Shown: positions 9,865-18,819, numbered from the stretch's first letter. The stretch is DNA of 64,000 nucleotides from Pseudomonadota bacterium (GCA_040752005.1 JBFMFX010000006.1:10539-74538); one strand, 5' to 3'. A program made the numbers and translations. Notes: generated by a model not told the origin, from the sequence alone.

Positions 9865-10830
9865 ATGCTGAGAACCCTGTTGGCGGCAGGTCTTGCCGCG
9901 GCGGCGGCGCTGGCGCAGGCGCAGAGCTGGCCCACCAAACCGATCACGTTCCTCAACCCGTTCCCGGCCGGCGGCGGCACCGACACGTTCGCGCGGCCGA
10001 TCGCGGCGCGCCTGTCGCAGACGATCGGCCAGCAGGTGCTGGTCGAGAACCAGGGCGGCGCGGGCGGCACGGTGGGCGCGGCGAACGTCGCCAGGCGCGC
10101 GCCCGACGGCTACAACTGGTTCTTCGGCGCGGTGCACCACACGATCGCCGAGAGCCTGTACACCAAGTTGCAGTACAGCCTCGAGCGCGACTTCGAGCCG
10201 CTCACCGTCGCGGCGTTCGTGCCGAACGTGGTGGTGATCCATCCGAAGCATGCCGACAAGTTCAAGACGCTCAAGGACCTGATCGAGTTCGGGCGCACAA
10301 ACCCCAACCGGCTGAACTACGGCTCGGCGGGCAGCGGAACGACTCACCACCTCTCGGTGGAACTGTTCAAGACCATGACCGGCGCGCAGTACGTGCACGT
10401 ACCGTATCGCGGCGCCGGCCCGCTGATGGTGGACCTGCTCGCCGGACAGGTGGACTTCGCCTTCGACGGCATGGGCACCTCGTCCGCCCAGATCAAGGCG
10501 GGCAAGCTGATCCCGCTTGCGATCACCAGCAAGGTGCGCAATCCGGTGCTGCCGAACGTGCCGACGGTCGAGGAAGCGGGGGTGCCCGGCTACGAGGTGC
10601 GCACGTGGTACGGGATCTGGGCGATCCGCGGGACGCCGAAGGAGATCAAGGACCGCATGTACCGGGAAGTGGTCGCGGCGATGAGCACGCCGGAGCTAAA
10701 GAGAATCTGGGCCGAGCAGGGCGCGGAGGCAGGCGGCATGCCGCCCGAAGAGATGGAGAAGTTCGTCAAGGCCGAGATCGCCAAATGGGCGAAGGTGGTC
10801 AAGGACGCCGGGGCGAAAGTGGACAACTAG
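9865..10830 (+). CDS. Bug-family (TctC-like) tripartite tricarboxylate transporter substrate-binding protein
   Basis: 321-aa ORF with signal peptide MLRTLLAAGLAAAAALAQA, FPAGGGTDTFARP and a typical Bug length. GGAGGAGAA ribosome-binding site. Confidence 0.9.
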   Translation: MLRTLLAAGLAAAAALAQAQSWPTKPITFLNPFPAGGGTDTFARPIAARLSQTIGQQVLVENQGGAGGTVGAANVARRAPDGYNWFFGAVHHTIAESLYTKLQYSLERDFEPLTVAAFVPNVVVIHPKHADKFKTLKDLIEFGRTNPNRLNYGSAGSGTTHHLSVELFKTMTGAQYVHVPYRGAGPLMVDLLAGQVDFAFDGMGTSSAQIKAGKLIPLAITSKVRNPVLPNVPTVEEAGVPGYEVRTWYGIWAIRGTPKEIKDRMYREVVAAMSTPELKRIWAEQGAEAGGMPPEEMEKFVKAEIAKWAKVVKDAGAKVDN

Positions 10831-10862
10831 GAAAATCCGGACGGCGCCGCCGCCGGATTTTC
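10831..10862. terminator. bidirectional intrinsic terminator between the Bug gene (+) and the CoA-transferase gene (-)
   Basis: Perfect 10-bp arms GAAAATCCGG / CCGGATTTTC around a 12-nt GC loop. An A-run precedes and a T-run follows, so it reads as hairpin plus U-tract on both strands. It starts directly after the TAG at 10828-10830. Confidence 0.75.
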
Positions 10863-10910
10863 CCGGCGCGAGGGAGCGGCCGCGGTGCGCCGCTCATCGC
10901 GCCGGCGCGC

Positions 10911-12122
10911 TCAGATGACGCCAAGACCCCGCAGGCGCCCGATTTCCTCGGTGCTCTTGCCCAGCAAGCCGCGTAAGACCTCCTCGGTGTGCTCGCCGAG
11001 CACCGGCGGTGCGCGGTCATAGGCGATCGGTGTGGCCGAGAAGCGCATCGGGCTCGCGACCGAGGAAAGCTTCCCCGCCACGGGATGGTCGAGCTCGATC
11101 CTCACTCCGCGCGCCTTCACCTGCGGCTCCGCGAACACCTGCGCGATGTTGTTGATCGGGCCGTTCGGCACCCCCGCGGCCTCCAGCAGCTCCACCCACT
11201 CGCGCGTGGTGCGGCGCAGGAAGATGTCCTGCAGCAGCCGCGTCAGCTCGGCGCGGTTCTGCACGCGCAAGCCGTTGGTCGCGAAGCGGGGATCGGCCGC
11301 AAGCTCCGGGCAGCCTGCGGCGTCACAGAATCGGCGGAACAGGTTGTCGTTGCCGCACGCGAGAATGACGTCTCCGTCGGCGGTGCGAAACGGCTGATAA
11401 GGAACGATGTTCGGATGCAGGTTGCCGATCCGCTGCGGCGGCTCGCCGGTGGCGAAGTAGTTGGTGTTCTGATAGGCGAGCAGCGCGATCTGCGAGTCGA
11501 GCAGCGCGAGATCCAGATGCTGGCCGACCCCGGTTTCGGCGCGGTGCGCCAGCGCGGCGCAGATCGCGATCGAGGCGTACATGCCGGTGATGATGTCGGC
11601 GACCGGAACGCCGGCACGCATCGGCGGGCCGTCGGGCTCGCCGGTGACGCTCATCATCCCGCCCATGCCCTGGATCATGAAGTCATATCCGGGCCGCTCG
11701 CGGTACGGCCCGGTGTGCCCGAAGCCGGTGATTGAGCAGTAGATGAGCCGCGGGTTGACGCTCCTCAAGTCCTCCCAGGCGAGCCCGTAGCGCGCGAGGT
11801 CGCCGTACTTGAAGTTCTCGATCAGCACGTCCGAGCGCGCGGCCAGCTCGCGCACCAGCGCCTGCCCCTCGGCGTGCGCGATGTTGACGGTGACGGATTT
11901 CTTGCCGCGGTTTGCCGAAGTGAAGTAGGCCGAGTCCTTCGTGTCGCGCCCGGCGCGGTCCTTGACCCACGGCGGGCCGAAGGCGCGCGAGTCGTCGCCC
12001 GTGCCGGGGCGCTCGACCTTGATCACCTCGGCGCCGAGATCGGCGAGGTTCTGCCCGGCCCAGGGGCCGGCCAGTACGCGCGAGAGGTCGAGAACGCGGA
12101 TGTGCGCGAGCGGTCCGGGCAT
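10911..12122 (-). CDS. CaiB/BaiF family (class III) CoA-transferase
   Basis: 403-aa ORF with IRVLDLSRVLAGPWAGQNLADLGAEVIKVE and family-typical length. Confidence 0.9.
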   Translation of the reverse strand: MPGPLAHIRVLDLSRVLAGPWAGQNLADLGAEVIKVERPGTGDDSRAFGPPWVKDRAGRDTKDSAYFTSANRGKKSVTVNIAHAEGQALVRELAARSDVLIENFKYGDLARYGLAWEDLRSVNPRLIYCSITGFGHTGPYRERPGYDFMIQGMGGMMSVTGEPDGPPMRAGVPVADIITGMYASIAICAALAHRAETGVGQHLDLALLDSQIALLAYQNTNYFATGEPPQRIGNLHPNIVPYQPFRTADGDVILACGNDNLFRRFCDAAGCPELAADPRFATNGLRVQNRAELTRLLQDIFLRRTTREWVELLEAAGVPNGPINNIAQVFAEPQVKARGVRIELDHPVAGKLSSVASPMRFSATPIAYDRAPPVLGEHTEEVLRGLLGKSTEEIGRLRGLGVI

Positions 12123-12143
12123 GGCGCGCGCATTTTACCCGCG

Positions 12144-12599
12144 CTACTTCACCTCCAGATGGTTATGAACCTTTCTCACACCGGCGATTTCGGCCGCGGC
12201 CCTGCCGGCTTTCGCCCGCACGTCGGCCGAGTCCACAAAACCGGACAGCAGTACGCGGCCTTCGTAGGTCTCCACCGAAATCGCGGTCGAGGGCACACCC
12301 TTTTCGGCGAGCAGCTTGGCCTTCACCCTGGCGGTGATCGCCGAATCGGAGAGCACGCGGCCATCACGGTCCTGGTTCGCCTTGAGGTACTCGTTCACGT
12401 TCCAGCGCCCGTCGCGGTCGGCATCGAACGGCACGAAGCGCTTGGCGAGTTCCTTCTCGCCCGCCAGCTCTTGGCGGCTCACGTAGCCGTCGGCGTTCTT
12501 GTCCAGGGCGTCGAACGCGGCGTTGCCGCTCGACTTGCCCTGCGCGATCGCCACGGTCGAGCACGCCGCGGCGAGAGCCATTGCGATTGCCTTCCTCAC
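12144..12599 (-). CDS. secreted protein with two EF-hand Ca-binding loops plus a C-terminal BON domain
   Basis: 151-aa ORF with a GTG start preceded by GGAGAACGGC. Signal peptide is MRKAIAMALAAACSTVAIA-QG. The two canonical 12-residue loops are DKNADGYVSRQE and DADRDGRWNVNE. The BON-like C-terminus is SDSAITARVKAKLL...VETYEGRVLLSGFV...IAGVRKVHNHLEV. Confidence 0.8.
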   Translation of the reverse strand: MRKAIAMALAAACSTVAIAQGKSSGNAAFDALDKNADGYVSRQELAGEKELAKRFVPFDADRDGRWNVNEYLKANQDRDGRVLSDSAITARVKAKLLAEKGVPSTAISVETYEGRVLLSGFVDSADVRAKAGRAAAEIAGVRKVHNHLEVK

Positions 12600-12687
12600 G
12601 CCGTTCTCCTTGCGGGCTGCAGATCAGAATTCGACCGACGATACGGCGCGTCGTTCCAGACGAATTCGAGTCGCCGGGCAGCGACAG

Positions 12688-13488
12688 CTACAGGCTCCAC
12701 AGACGTGCGAGCATCCTCAGCGCGAGCGCGAGCAGCACCAGGGCGAACAGGATCCTGAGCGGCCGCAGCGGCAGGCGATGCGCAAGCCGCGCCCCGAGCG
12801 GCGCCGCCGGCATGCTCGCGGCAACGACGAGCGCGAGCGCCGGAAGGTATACGTAGCCGAGCGCGCCCTCGGGCAGTCCCTCGACGCGCAGGCCCTGCAT
12901 GATGTAGCCGGCGGTGCCGGCAAGCGCGATCGGGAAGCCGCTCGCTGCCGCGGTGCCGATCGCGCGCCGCAGCGGAACACCGCGCCGCACGAGGTACGGG
13001 ATCGTGAGAAACGCGCCGCCTGCGGCGAGCAGGCTGGAGAGGACGCCGATCGCCGCGCCCGCCGCGGCGAGCCGCGCGCGGCCCGGCAGCGGGCCCGCCG
13101 ACTGCACGCCCGATTCGAGCATCATGCGTGCTGCGGCGAAGAAAAGGAACACGGTGAACGCGGCGGCGAGCCACCGCGTCGGCACCAGCCCGGCGCCGAG
13201 CGCGGCGCCGAGCGCGCCTGCGGCCATGCCCGGCGCCAACGCGCGCGCGACCGGCCAGTGCACCGCGCCGTGGCGGTGGTGCGCGGCGACGCTCGCGATC
13301 GAGGTGAACACCACGCTCGCCATCGCGGTGGCGAGCGCCAGGTGCATGACGTGCTCGGGCGCAAACCCGCGCGTGCTGAACAGAAGCGCGAGCAGCGGCA
13401 CCATCACCATGCCGCCGCCGATGCCGAGCAGCCCGGCGAGAAATCCGACCGTCGCGCCAATGGCGAGATAGGCGGTCCACTGCGGCAT
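12688..13488 (-). CDS. TauE/SafE family anion exporter (sulfite exporter family)
   Basis: The listed ORF is 391 aa, but its first 125 codons are Arg-rich and overlap the HAD gene. The membrane protein begins at MPQWTAYLAIGATVGFLAGLLGIGGGMVMVPLL (ATG 13488), giving 266 aa. The start shares one base with the HAD stop (TGATG). Confidence 0.85.
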   Translation of the reverse strand: MPQWTAYLAIGATVGFLAGLLGIGGGMVMVPLLALLFSTRGFAPEHVMHLALATAMASVVFTSIASVAAHHRHGAVHWPVARALAPGMAAGALGAALGAGLVPTRWLAAAFTVFLFFAAARMMLESGVQSAGPLPGRARLAAAGAAIGVLSSLLAAGGAFLTIPYLVRRGVPLRRAIGTAAASGFPIALAGTAGYIMQGLRVEGLPEGALGYVYLPALALVVAASMPAAPLGARLAHRLPLRPLRILFALVLLALALRMLARLWSL

Positions 13489-14270
13489 CAGCGCGCACCG
13501 AGCAGATGCGCGGCAAGCTCGGCGAAACCCGCGCCGCAGGCGCGCTGCGTCACGTAGCGGGGCGCCGCCTCCAGCTTTCCCTCGAAGCGGCGCACGTTGG
13601 CGACCCCGACCGAATGCTCGAAAAAGGCGAACATCGGCGCGTCGTTCGGTGAATCGCCGACGAACGCGTAGTCCGCCTGCGAGCGCGCGAGGTCGGTGCC
13701 GAAGCGCTCGGCGAAGAGCAGTTTCACGGTCGCCAGCTTGTCGTAGGTCCCGAACCAGCCGTTGACGTGGATCGAGCTGATCTTCGCGGTAAGGCCCGCT
13801 TGCTGCATCAGCGCGCGAATGCGCTCGGCGGCCGCAAGCGGCAGCGCCGGCACGTCCTCGCACCAGTCGATCGCCAGGTCGGTCTCGCGCCAGGGCTGAT
13901 CGGCCGCGAGCGCGCAGCCGGGCACTTCGGCCAGTATGCGCTCGGCAATGGCCGCCAGCCGCACACGCCTGGCGGCGCGCGTCGCCGCATCGTCGAGGTA
14001 GCGCCGCACGATGCGGCCGCCGTCACGCGCGAACCAGAACGCACCGTTCTCGCCCACCACCGCATCCACCGGCCACAGGCGCGCGATCTGGTCGCACCAG
14101 CCCGCGCACCGGCCGGTGACCGGCACCACCCGCCGACCGGCGCGCTTGAGCCTTTCCATCGCCCCGTAGGCCTCGGCGGTGAGCACGCCGTCGGTGGTGA
14201 GCGTGTCGTCTATGTCGAAGAGCAGCCCCGTCAGGCGCGCGGCATCGCGCAGCTCGGCGAGCGGTTTCAC
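13488..14270 (-). CDS. HAD-IIB (Cof-type) phosphatase
   Basis: 260 aa with motif I FDIDDTLT and motif IV GDSPND. The GTG start overlaps the glpD stop (GTGA). Confidence 0.85.
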   Translation of the reverse strand: MKPLAELRDAARLTGLLFDIDDTLTTDGVLTAEAYGAMERLKRAGRRVVPVTGRCAGWCDQIARLWPVDAVVGENGAFWFARDGGRIVRRYLDDAATRAARRVRLAAIAERILAEVPGCALAADQPWRETDLAIDWCEDVPALPLAAAERIRALMQQAGLTAKISSIHVNGWFGTYDKLATVKLLFAERFGTDLARSQADYAFVGDSPNDAPMFAFFEHSVGVANVRRFEGKLEAAPRYVTQRACGAGFAELAAHLLGAR

Positions 14271-15787
14271 GCGAGCCGCTCCAGCGCCGCGCGCACCCTC
14301 GCGCGAGCGGCCGCATCGAGAAAAAGTCCGGTCTTCGTCCGGCGCCAGAGCACGTCCTCCGGCTCACGCGCCCATTCGCGCTCGACGAACCACGCCAGCT
14401 CGCGCTCGGTGAGCCCGGCGCCATAGTGCTCGCCGACGTCGCCGTCGCCGGCCACTTGCGGCGCACGCGCTCCGTGCCGGCGAAACAGCCCGCGGAGCAC
14501 TTCCTGCGGCAGAGCGCGATAACGCGCGAAGAACGCCTCGCGCGCCTCGGCGCGGCTCGCGCCGCCGAAGTCGCTTCCGGCGAGCGGCGCCGCACCCGTC
14601 CACCGCGGCCCCATGCGCGGGAAATAACGCGCGAGCTTGTCCAGCGCGTGCTCGGCGAGGCGGCGATACGTCGTGATCTTGCCGCCGAAGACCGACAGCA
14701 CCGGCGCCGCGCCCGCGGCGTCGTCCACGCGCAGCGTGTAGTCGCGCGTCACCTTCGACGGATCGGCGCTGCCGTCGTCGTAGAGCGGGCGCACGCCGGC
14801 ATATTTCCACACCGCGTCCTCGGCCCGCACCGGGCGCGCGAGGTAGCGGTTGACCGCACGGCACAGATACGCGACCTCGGCTTCAGTCGCATGCGGCGGC
14901 TCGTTTTCGTCCGGGTGCGGCACATCGGTCGTGCCCACGAGCGTGAAGCGCTCGGCGTACGGGATCATGAACACCACGCGTCGGTCGTCGTTCTGCAGGA
15001 TGAAGGCGTGCTCGCCTTCGTACAGCGCCGGCAGCACGATGTGGCTGCCGCGCACCAGGCGCACCCGGTCGGCCGAGGGCTGGCCGAGCCGGGCGTTCAG
15101 CACCTCCTTCACCCACGGCCCGGCGGCGTTCACGATCGCGCGCGCACCGAGCGTCGCGCCGTTCGAAAGCGTCACGCGCCAGGCGCCGGCATCGCGGCGC
15201 GCGCTGACGCACGCCGTGCGGCTGAGAATGTGCGCCCCGCGCGCGGCCGCGTCCATCGCGTTTTCGATCACCAGGCGCGCGTCGTCCACCCGGCAGTCGG
15301 AGTAGGCGAAGCCGTGGCGCAGCCCGGCCCTGAGGCCGGAGCCGTACGGCGGCCGGTCGAGCCGCACCGCCTCAGATCCCGGCAGGTGCGCGCGGCGCGC
15401 GCCGAGCGCCGGCGCGAATCGCCCGAGATGGTCGTAGAGAAAAAGGCCGGCGCGGATCATCCAGCGCGGGCGCAGCTCCGGCACGTGCGGCATGATGAAG
15501 CGCGCGGGCCATACCAGATGCCCTGCGATCCGAAGCAGCACCTCCCGCTCGGCGAGCGCCTCGGCGACCAGCCGGAACTCGTACTGCTCCAGGTAGCGCA
15601 GCCCCCCGTGGATGAGCTTGGAGGAGGCCGAGGAGGTGGCCGCGGCGAGGTCGCCCTTTTCCACCAGCACCACCGAAAGCCCCCGGCCGGCGGCGTCGCG
15701 CGCGATGCCGGCGCCGTTGATGCCGCCGCCGATCACCAGAAGATCGCAGCTCGCCGGGGGGATTTCCTGCCTGCGCAAGCCCGGCAT
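14267..15787 (-). CDS. glpD: FAD-dependent glycerol-3-phosphate dehydrogenase
   Basis: 506 aa. DLLVIGGGINGAGIARDAAGRGLSVVLVEKGDLAAATSSASSKLIHGGLRYLEQYEFRLV closely follows the GlpD N-terminus as I remember it. Confidence 0.9.
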   Translation of the reverse strand: MPGLRRQEIPPASCDLLVIGGGINGAGIARDAAGRGLSVVLVEKGDLAAATSSASSKLIHGGLRYLEQYEFRLVAEALAEREVLLRIAGHLVWPARFIMPHVPELRPRWMIRAGLFLYDHLGRFAPALGARRAHLPGSEAVRLDRPPYGSGLRAGLRHGFAYSDCRVDDARLVIENAMDAAARGAHILSRTACVSARRDAGAWRVTLSNGATLGARAIVNAAGPWVKEVLNARLGQPSADRVRLVRGSHIVLPALYEGEHAFILQNDDRRVVFMIPYAERFTLVGTTDVPHPDENEPPHATEAEVAYLCRAVNRYLARPVRAEDAVWKYAGVRPLYDDGSADPSKVTRDYTLRVDDAAGAAPVLSVFGGKITTYRRLAEHALDKLARYFPRMGPRWTGAAPLAGSDFGGASRAEAREAFFARYRALPQEVLRGLFRRHGARAPQVAGDGDVGEHYGAGLTERELAWFVEREWAREPEDVLWRRTKTGLFLDAAARARVRAALERLA

Positions 15788-15788
15788 T

Positions 15789-17423
15789 CTATGCCAGCGT
15801 CACGCACACCCGGACCCCGGCGGCGAGGTTTTCGGCGCGGATCCGCCCGCCATGGAACTCGGCGATCAGCCGCGCGACGTAAAGGCCGAGGCCCAGGTGC
15901 GGCTCGCGCGCGATGCGCCCGGCGCGCGCCGACACCATCGAGCCGAAAAGCGCCCTCTTCACCGCCTCCGGGATCGGCGGGCCGTCGTTTTCCACGCACA
16001 GTGTCGCCGCAGCGCCCTGGGCCGCGAGCGATACGCGTACCGGCGTGCCCGGCGCGGCGAAGTCGGTGGCGTTCTCGACCAGCTTGTCCAGCATTTGCGC
16101 GAACAGGTCGGGCGCGCCCTGCAGCATCACCGCCTGCGCGGGCAGCGCCAGAACGAACTCGCGCGGCGCGTACGCCAGGCGGTAACCCTCGACGCAGCCG
16201 CGCACCACCGGCACGCAGTCGAATCGTTCGCGCTCGGCGCTCGACAGGCTCTGCTCCAGCCGGCTCGCCTCGCTCATGCGCTCGAGGATGCGCGACAGCC
16301 GCGCGAGGCCGTCCTCGGCGCGCGCGATGTAGATGCGTGATTCCTCCGGCGAGGGTGCGAGCTTGAGGTTCTCGAGCGAGGAGCGCACCACCGCGATCGG
16401 GGTGCGCAGCTCGTGCGAGAGCCGCGCCGCGAGGCTTTCCAGATAAGCGTGGTGCTGCGCCAGGCGCGCGAGCACCGCCGAGAAGCTGCGCGCGAGATCG
16501 CCCACTTCGTCGCCGGCCTCCGAGGCGGTGGCGATGCGCGCGATCCGCCCGCGCGCGTCGATCGCCGATTCGGCCTCGTCGCGCAGCCGGCGGATCCGCA
16601 GCGACAGCCGCGTCGCCCAGCCGATCAGCACCGCCGCCGCGCCGGCGAACACGGTGAGCGTGAGCGCGAGCAGACGCTCCAGCGCCTCGCTGCGCAAAGT
16701 GGCGATCGGATTCGTCGTCTCCTCCACCACCACCGCGCCCACCACCTCGTCGCGGTGCCACACCGGATGCGCGGCCGACATCACCACGGCGCGGCCGTCG
16801 GCTGTGCGCCGGGTGCGGGTTGCCGGTGCGCCCTGCAGCGCCGCGTTGATGTCGCGCCCGCTGGCGAGCGCGTCCTCCGCAACGGACTCGGCGAACTCCT
16901 CGCTCGGGCGCTCGATCAGCAGGCCGGCGAAGCGGCGCCAGAGCGCGCGCCAGCCTTCGGGCTCGCCTTCGGCGCCGGCCGGACGGCGCAGGCTGCCGGC
17001 GAGCGCGAGCACCTGGTAGCGGCGGTTGACCACCCAGATGCGCGACTCGGTGCGCTCCAGCCCCTTCAGGATCGCGGCGATCTCCTCCTCGGCGGCGCGC
17101 CCGGCGAGCGTCTGCTCGCGCTCGAGGATCACCTGCTCGGCCGGCAGCTCGAGCGCGCGCTCGGCGAGCCGCCTCAGCTCCGCTTCGGCCTCGCGCCGCA
17201 GGGAATCGCCGCCGGCGGGCGGCCCCTGCATCAGGCGCGGCCGGTCATGCAGCGCGGTCGCCACCGCGCGCGCGGTCGCGATGAGCGCCCGCTCCTGCCC
17301 TGCGAGCAGCACCCGCTCCATCTCGTTCACGTACCGCAGGCCCGCCCAGGGCAGCGCGAGCAGTACCAGCGCCACCAGCGCGAGCTTGCCGCGCAGGCCG
17401 AGCGCGAAGCGCGCCGCCTTCAA
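15789..17423 (-). CDS. sensor histidine kinase with a large periplasmic-looking domain
   Basis: 544 aa. The TTG start overlaps the RR stop (TTGA). It has an N-terminal TM helix, about 230 aa of extracytoplasmic-looking sequence, a second TM helix, the H-box LSHELRTPIAVV, and N/G boxes LDKLVENATDF and GLGLYVARLIAEFHGG. Confidence 0.85.
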   Translation of the reverse strand: MKAARFALGLRGKLALVALVLLALPWAGLRYVNEMERVLLAGQERALIATARAVATALHDRPRLMQGPPAGGDSLRREAEAELRRLAERALELPAEQVILEREQTLAGRAAEEEIAAILKGLERTESRIWVVNRRYQVLALAGSLRRPAGAEGEPEGWRALWRRFAGLLIERPSEEFAESVAEDALASGRDINAALQGAPATRTRRTADGRAVVMSAAHPVWHRDEVVGAVVVEETTNPIATLRSEALERLLALTLTVFAGAAAVLIGWATRLSLRIRRLRDEAESAIDARGRIARIATASEAGDEVGDLARSFSAVLARLAQHHAYLESLAARLSHELRTPIAVVRSSLENLKLAPSPEESRIYIARAEDGLARLSRILERMSEASRLEQSLSSAERERFDCVPVVRGCVEGYRLAYAPREFVLALPAQAVMLQGAPDLFAQMLDKLVENATDFAAPGTPVRVSLAAQGAAATLCVENDGPPIPEAVKRALFGSMVSARAGRIAREPHLGLGLYVARLIAEFHGGRIRAENLAAGVRVCVTLA

Positions 17424-18109
17424 GTCGCTTTCCAGCGATAGCCGATGCCGTACGCGGTTTCGATGTGCGCGAACGCCGGATCGGCGGCCTGAAACTTGCG
17501 GCGGATGCGCTTGATGTGCGAGGTCACGGTCGTCTCGTCCACCACCAGCTCGGCCTCGCGCATCAGCTGGCTGCGGCTCTTGACGTGCCCGGGATAGCGC
17601 GCCAGCGCATGCACCATCCAGAACTCGGTCAGCGTGAGTTCGACCGGCCGGCCCTTCCAGCGCACGCTGAAGCGCCGCAGATCGAGCGCCAGTTCGCCGC
17701 GCTCGACGATCTCTTCGGCCGGCTGCGGCTCACGCGAGAGCTCGGCGCGGCGAAACAGCGCCGCGATCCGCGCCAGCAGGTGCGGCAGGCTTGCGTCCTT
17801 GGTGAGGTAGTCGTCGGCGCCCAGGCGCAGGCCGGCGACGATGTCGAAGTCGCTGTCGCGCGCGGTGAGAAAGATGATCGGCAGGGCGGCCGACATCGCG
17901 CGCAGCTCGCGGCAGAGCGCGAAGCCTCCGTCCACGTCGGCGCCCAGGCCGATGTCAATGATGGCGAGATCGGGCAGCCGCGAGCGCAGCGCCGCAAGCG
18001 CCTCCTCGCGCGAGCCGTAGGCGGCGACTTCGAAACCGTGGCGCGCGAGCGCCTCGGCGTAGTTGGCGCGGATGGCCGGATCGTCCTCGACGATCGCGAT
18101 GCGACGCAT
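17420..18109 (-). CDS. OmpR/PhoB-family response regulator
   Basis: The listed ORF is 280 aa. The conserved receiver domain starts at MRRIAIVEDD (ATG 18109), giving 229 aa. The winged-helix C-terminus is ...TAYGIGYRW. An unusual LTKDASLPHLLARI replaces the common PKPF motif. Confidence 0.9.
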   Translation of the reverse strand: MRRIAIVEDDPAIRANYAEALARHGFEVAAYGSREEALAALRSRLPDLAIIDIGLGADVDGGFALCRELRAMSAALPIIFLTARDSDFDIVAGLRLGADDYLTKDASLPHLLARIAALFRRAELSREPQPAEEIVERGELALDLRRFSVRWKGRPVELTLTEFWMVHALARYPGHVKSRSQLMREAELVVDETTVTSHIKRIRRKFQAADPAFAHIETAYGIGYRWKAT

Positions 18110-18244
18110 GGTGCGCAAGGGCAGATTATGGCGCGAAAGGCCGCCGGGTCCGCGAGGCGCCGCGCCGCGTTGCCATCGGATTGCCAGAATCGCTCGCCGC
18201 CTTTGCCGAAGCCCGCCGCGCGCCCGCCCGCGCTGCCGGGTGAA

Positions 18245-18385
18245 ATGGCATGCATGAAACACCCCGAAGCTCTATCGCGCCCCCGCTTGGCGCTTCTCGA
18301 TCTGGCCGCCCTCGTCGCGGCTGCGGCGTGCGTCGCGGCGGCGACCGGGCTTGCGGCCGCCGGCGTGGTGCTGCTGCTCGCGTGA
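18245..18385 (+). CDS. hypothetical 46-aa single-pass membrane peptide
   Basis: ATG at 18245. Translation is MACMKHPEALSRPRLALLDLAALVAAAACVAAATGLAAAGVVLLLA. The third-codon positions are mostly G/C. Its TGA overlaps the GTG of the next ORF (GTGA). No homolog recognised. Confidence 0.3.
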   Translation: MACMKHPEALSRPRLALLDLAALVAAAACVAAATGLAAAGVVLLLA

Positions 18386-18810
18386 GTCGCTACGGCGAGG
18401 TCGCCCTGGGCGTCGAGTGCGCGCTGCCGCGCACTGTCCCCGCCGCGCGCCTCAGGTACCGGCCGGTCGTGGAGCTCGCGATCGTGGCGGCGCTCGGCGG
18501 GGCGCTCTGTGCCGGGGTGTACGTGTGGAAGGGCGCGCCCCTGAGCGCCGGGCCGGTGTGGAGCACCCCACCCGCAGCGGCGCGCCCCGCTCCAAGTGTC
18601 GTGCCCTGCGCACCGCCACGATCCGTCGGCTATTACGCGCCGGTCGCGACGCGCTTCGTCACCTACGAAGTTGAGCTCGCGGGCGAGGCGCGCGCGTACC
18701 CGCAGGCGCTGCTCGAGCACCCGGCGGTGAAGGAGTGGACCGTCGCGGCGCGGCAGGAGACGGAGTTCTACGCCCCGGACGAGCCGTACGCCGGCACCGC
18801 GCCCGGATAG
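18382..18810 (+). CDS. hypothetical membrane-anchored protein (start uncertain)
   Basis: This frame has strongly G/C-biased third positions from about 18382 to the TAG at 18810. It contains a TM-like VVELAIVAALGGALCAGVYVW and a C-terminal ...VTYEVELAGEARAYPQALLEHPAVKEWTV.... The ORF-track start at 18250 gives an Arg-rich, implausible N-terminus, so GTG 18382 is proposed instead. Confidence 0.4.
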   Translation: MSRYGEVALGVECALPRTVPAARLRYRPVVELAIVAALGGALCAGVYVWKGAPLSAGPVWSTPPAAARPAPSVVPCAPPRSVGYYAPVATRFVTYEVELAGEARAYPQALLEHPAVKEWTVAARQETEFYAPDEPYAGTAPG

Positions 18811-18819
18811 GCGGACGGG

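Noticed and set aside
12627-12667. Imperfect hairpin flanked by two GAATTC sites between the TauE and EF-hand/BON genes
   Set aside because: The stems are short and interrupted and there is no U-tract. It could be a processing site, but the evidence is insufficient to call it a terminator or regulatory element.
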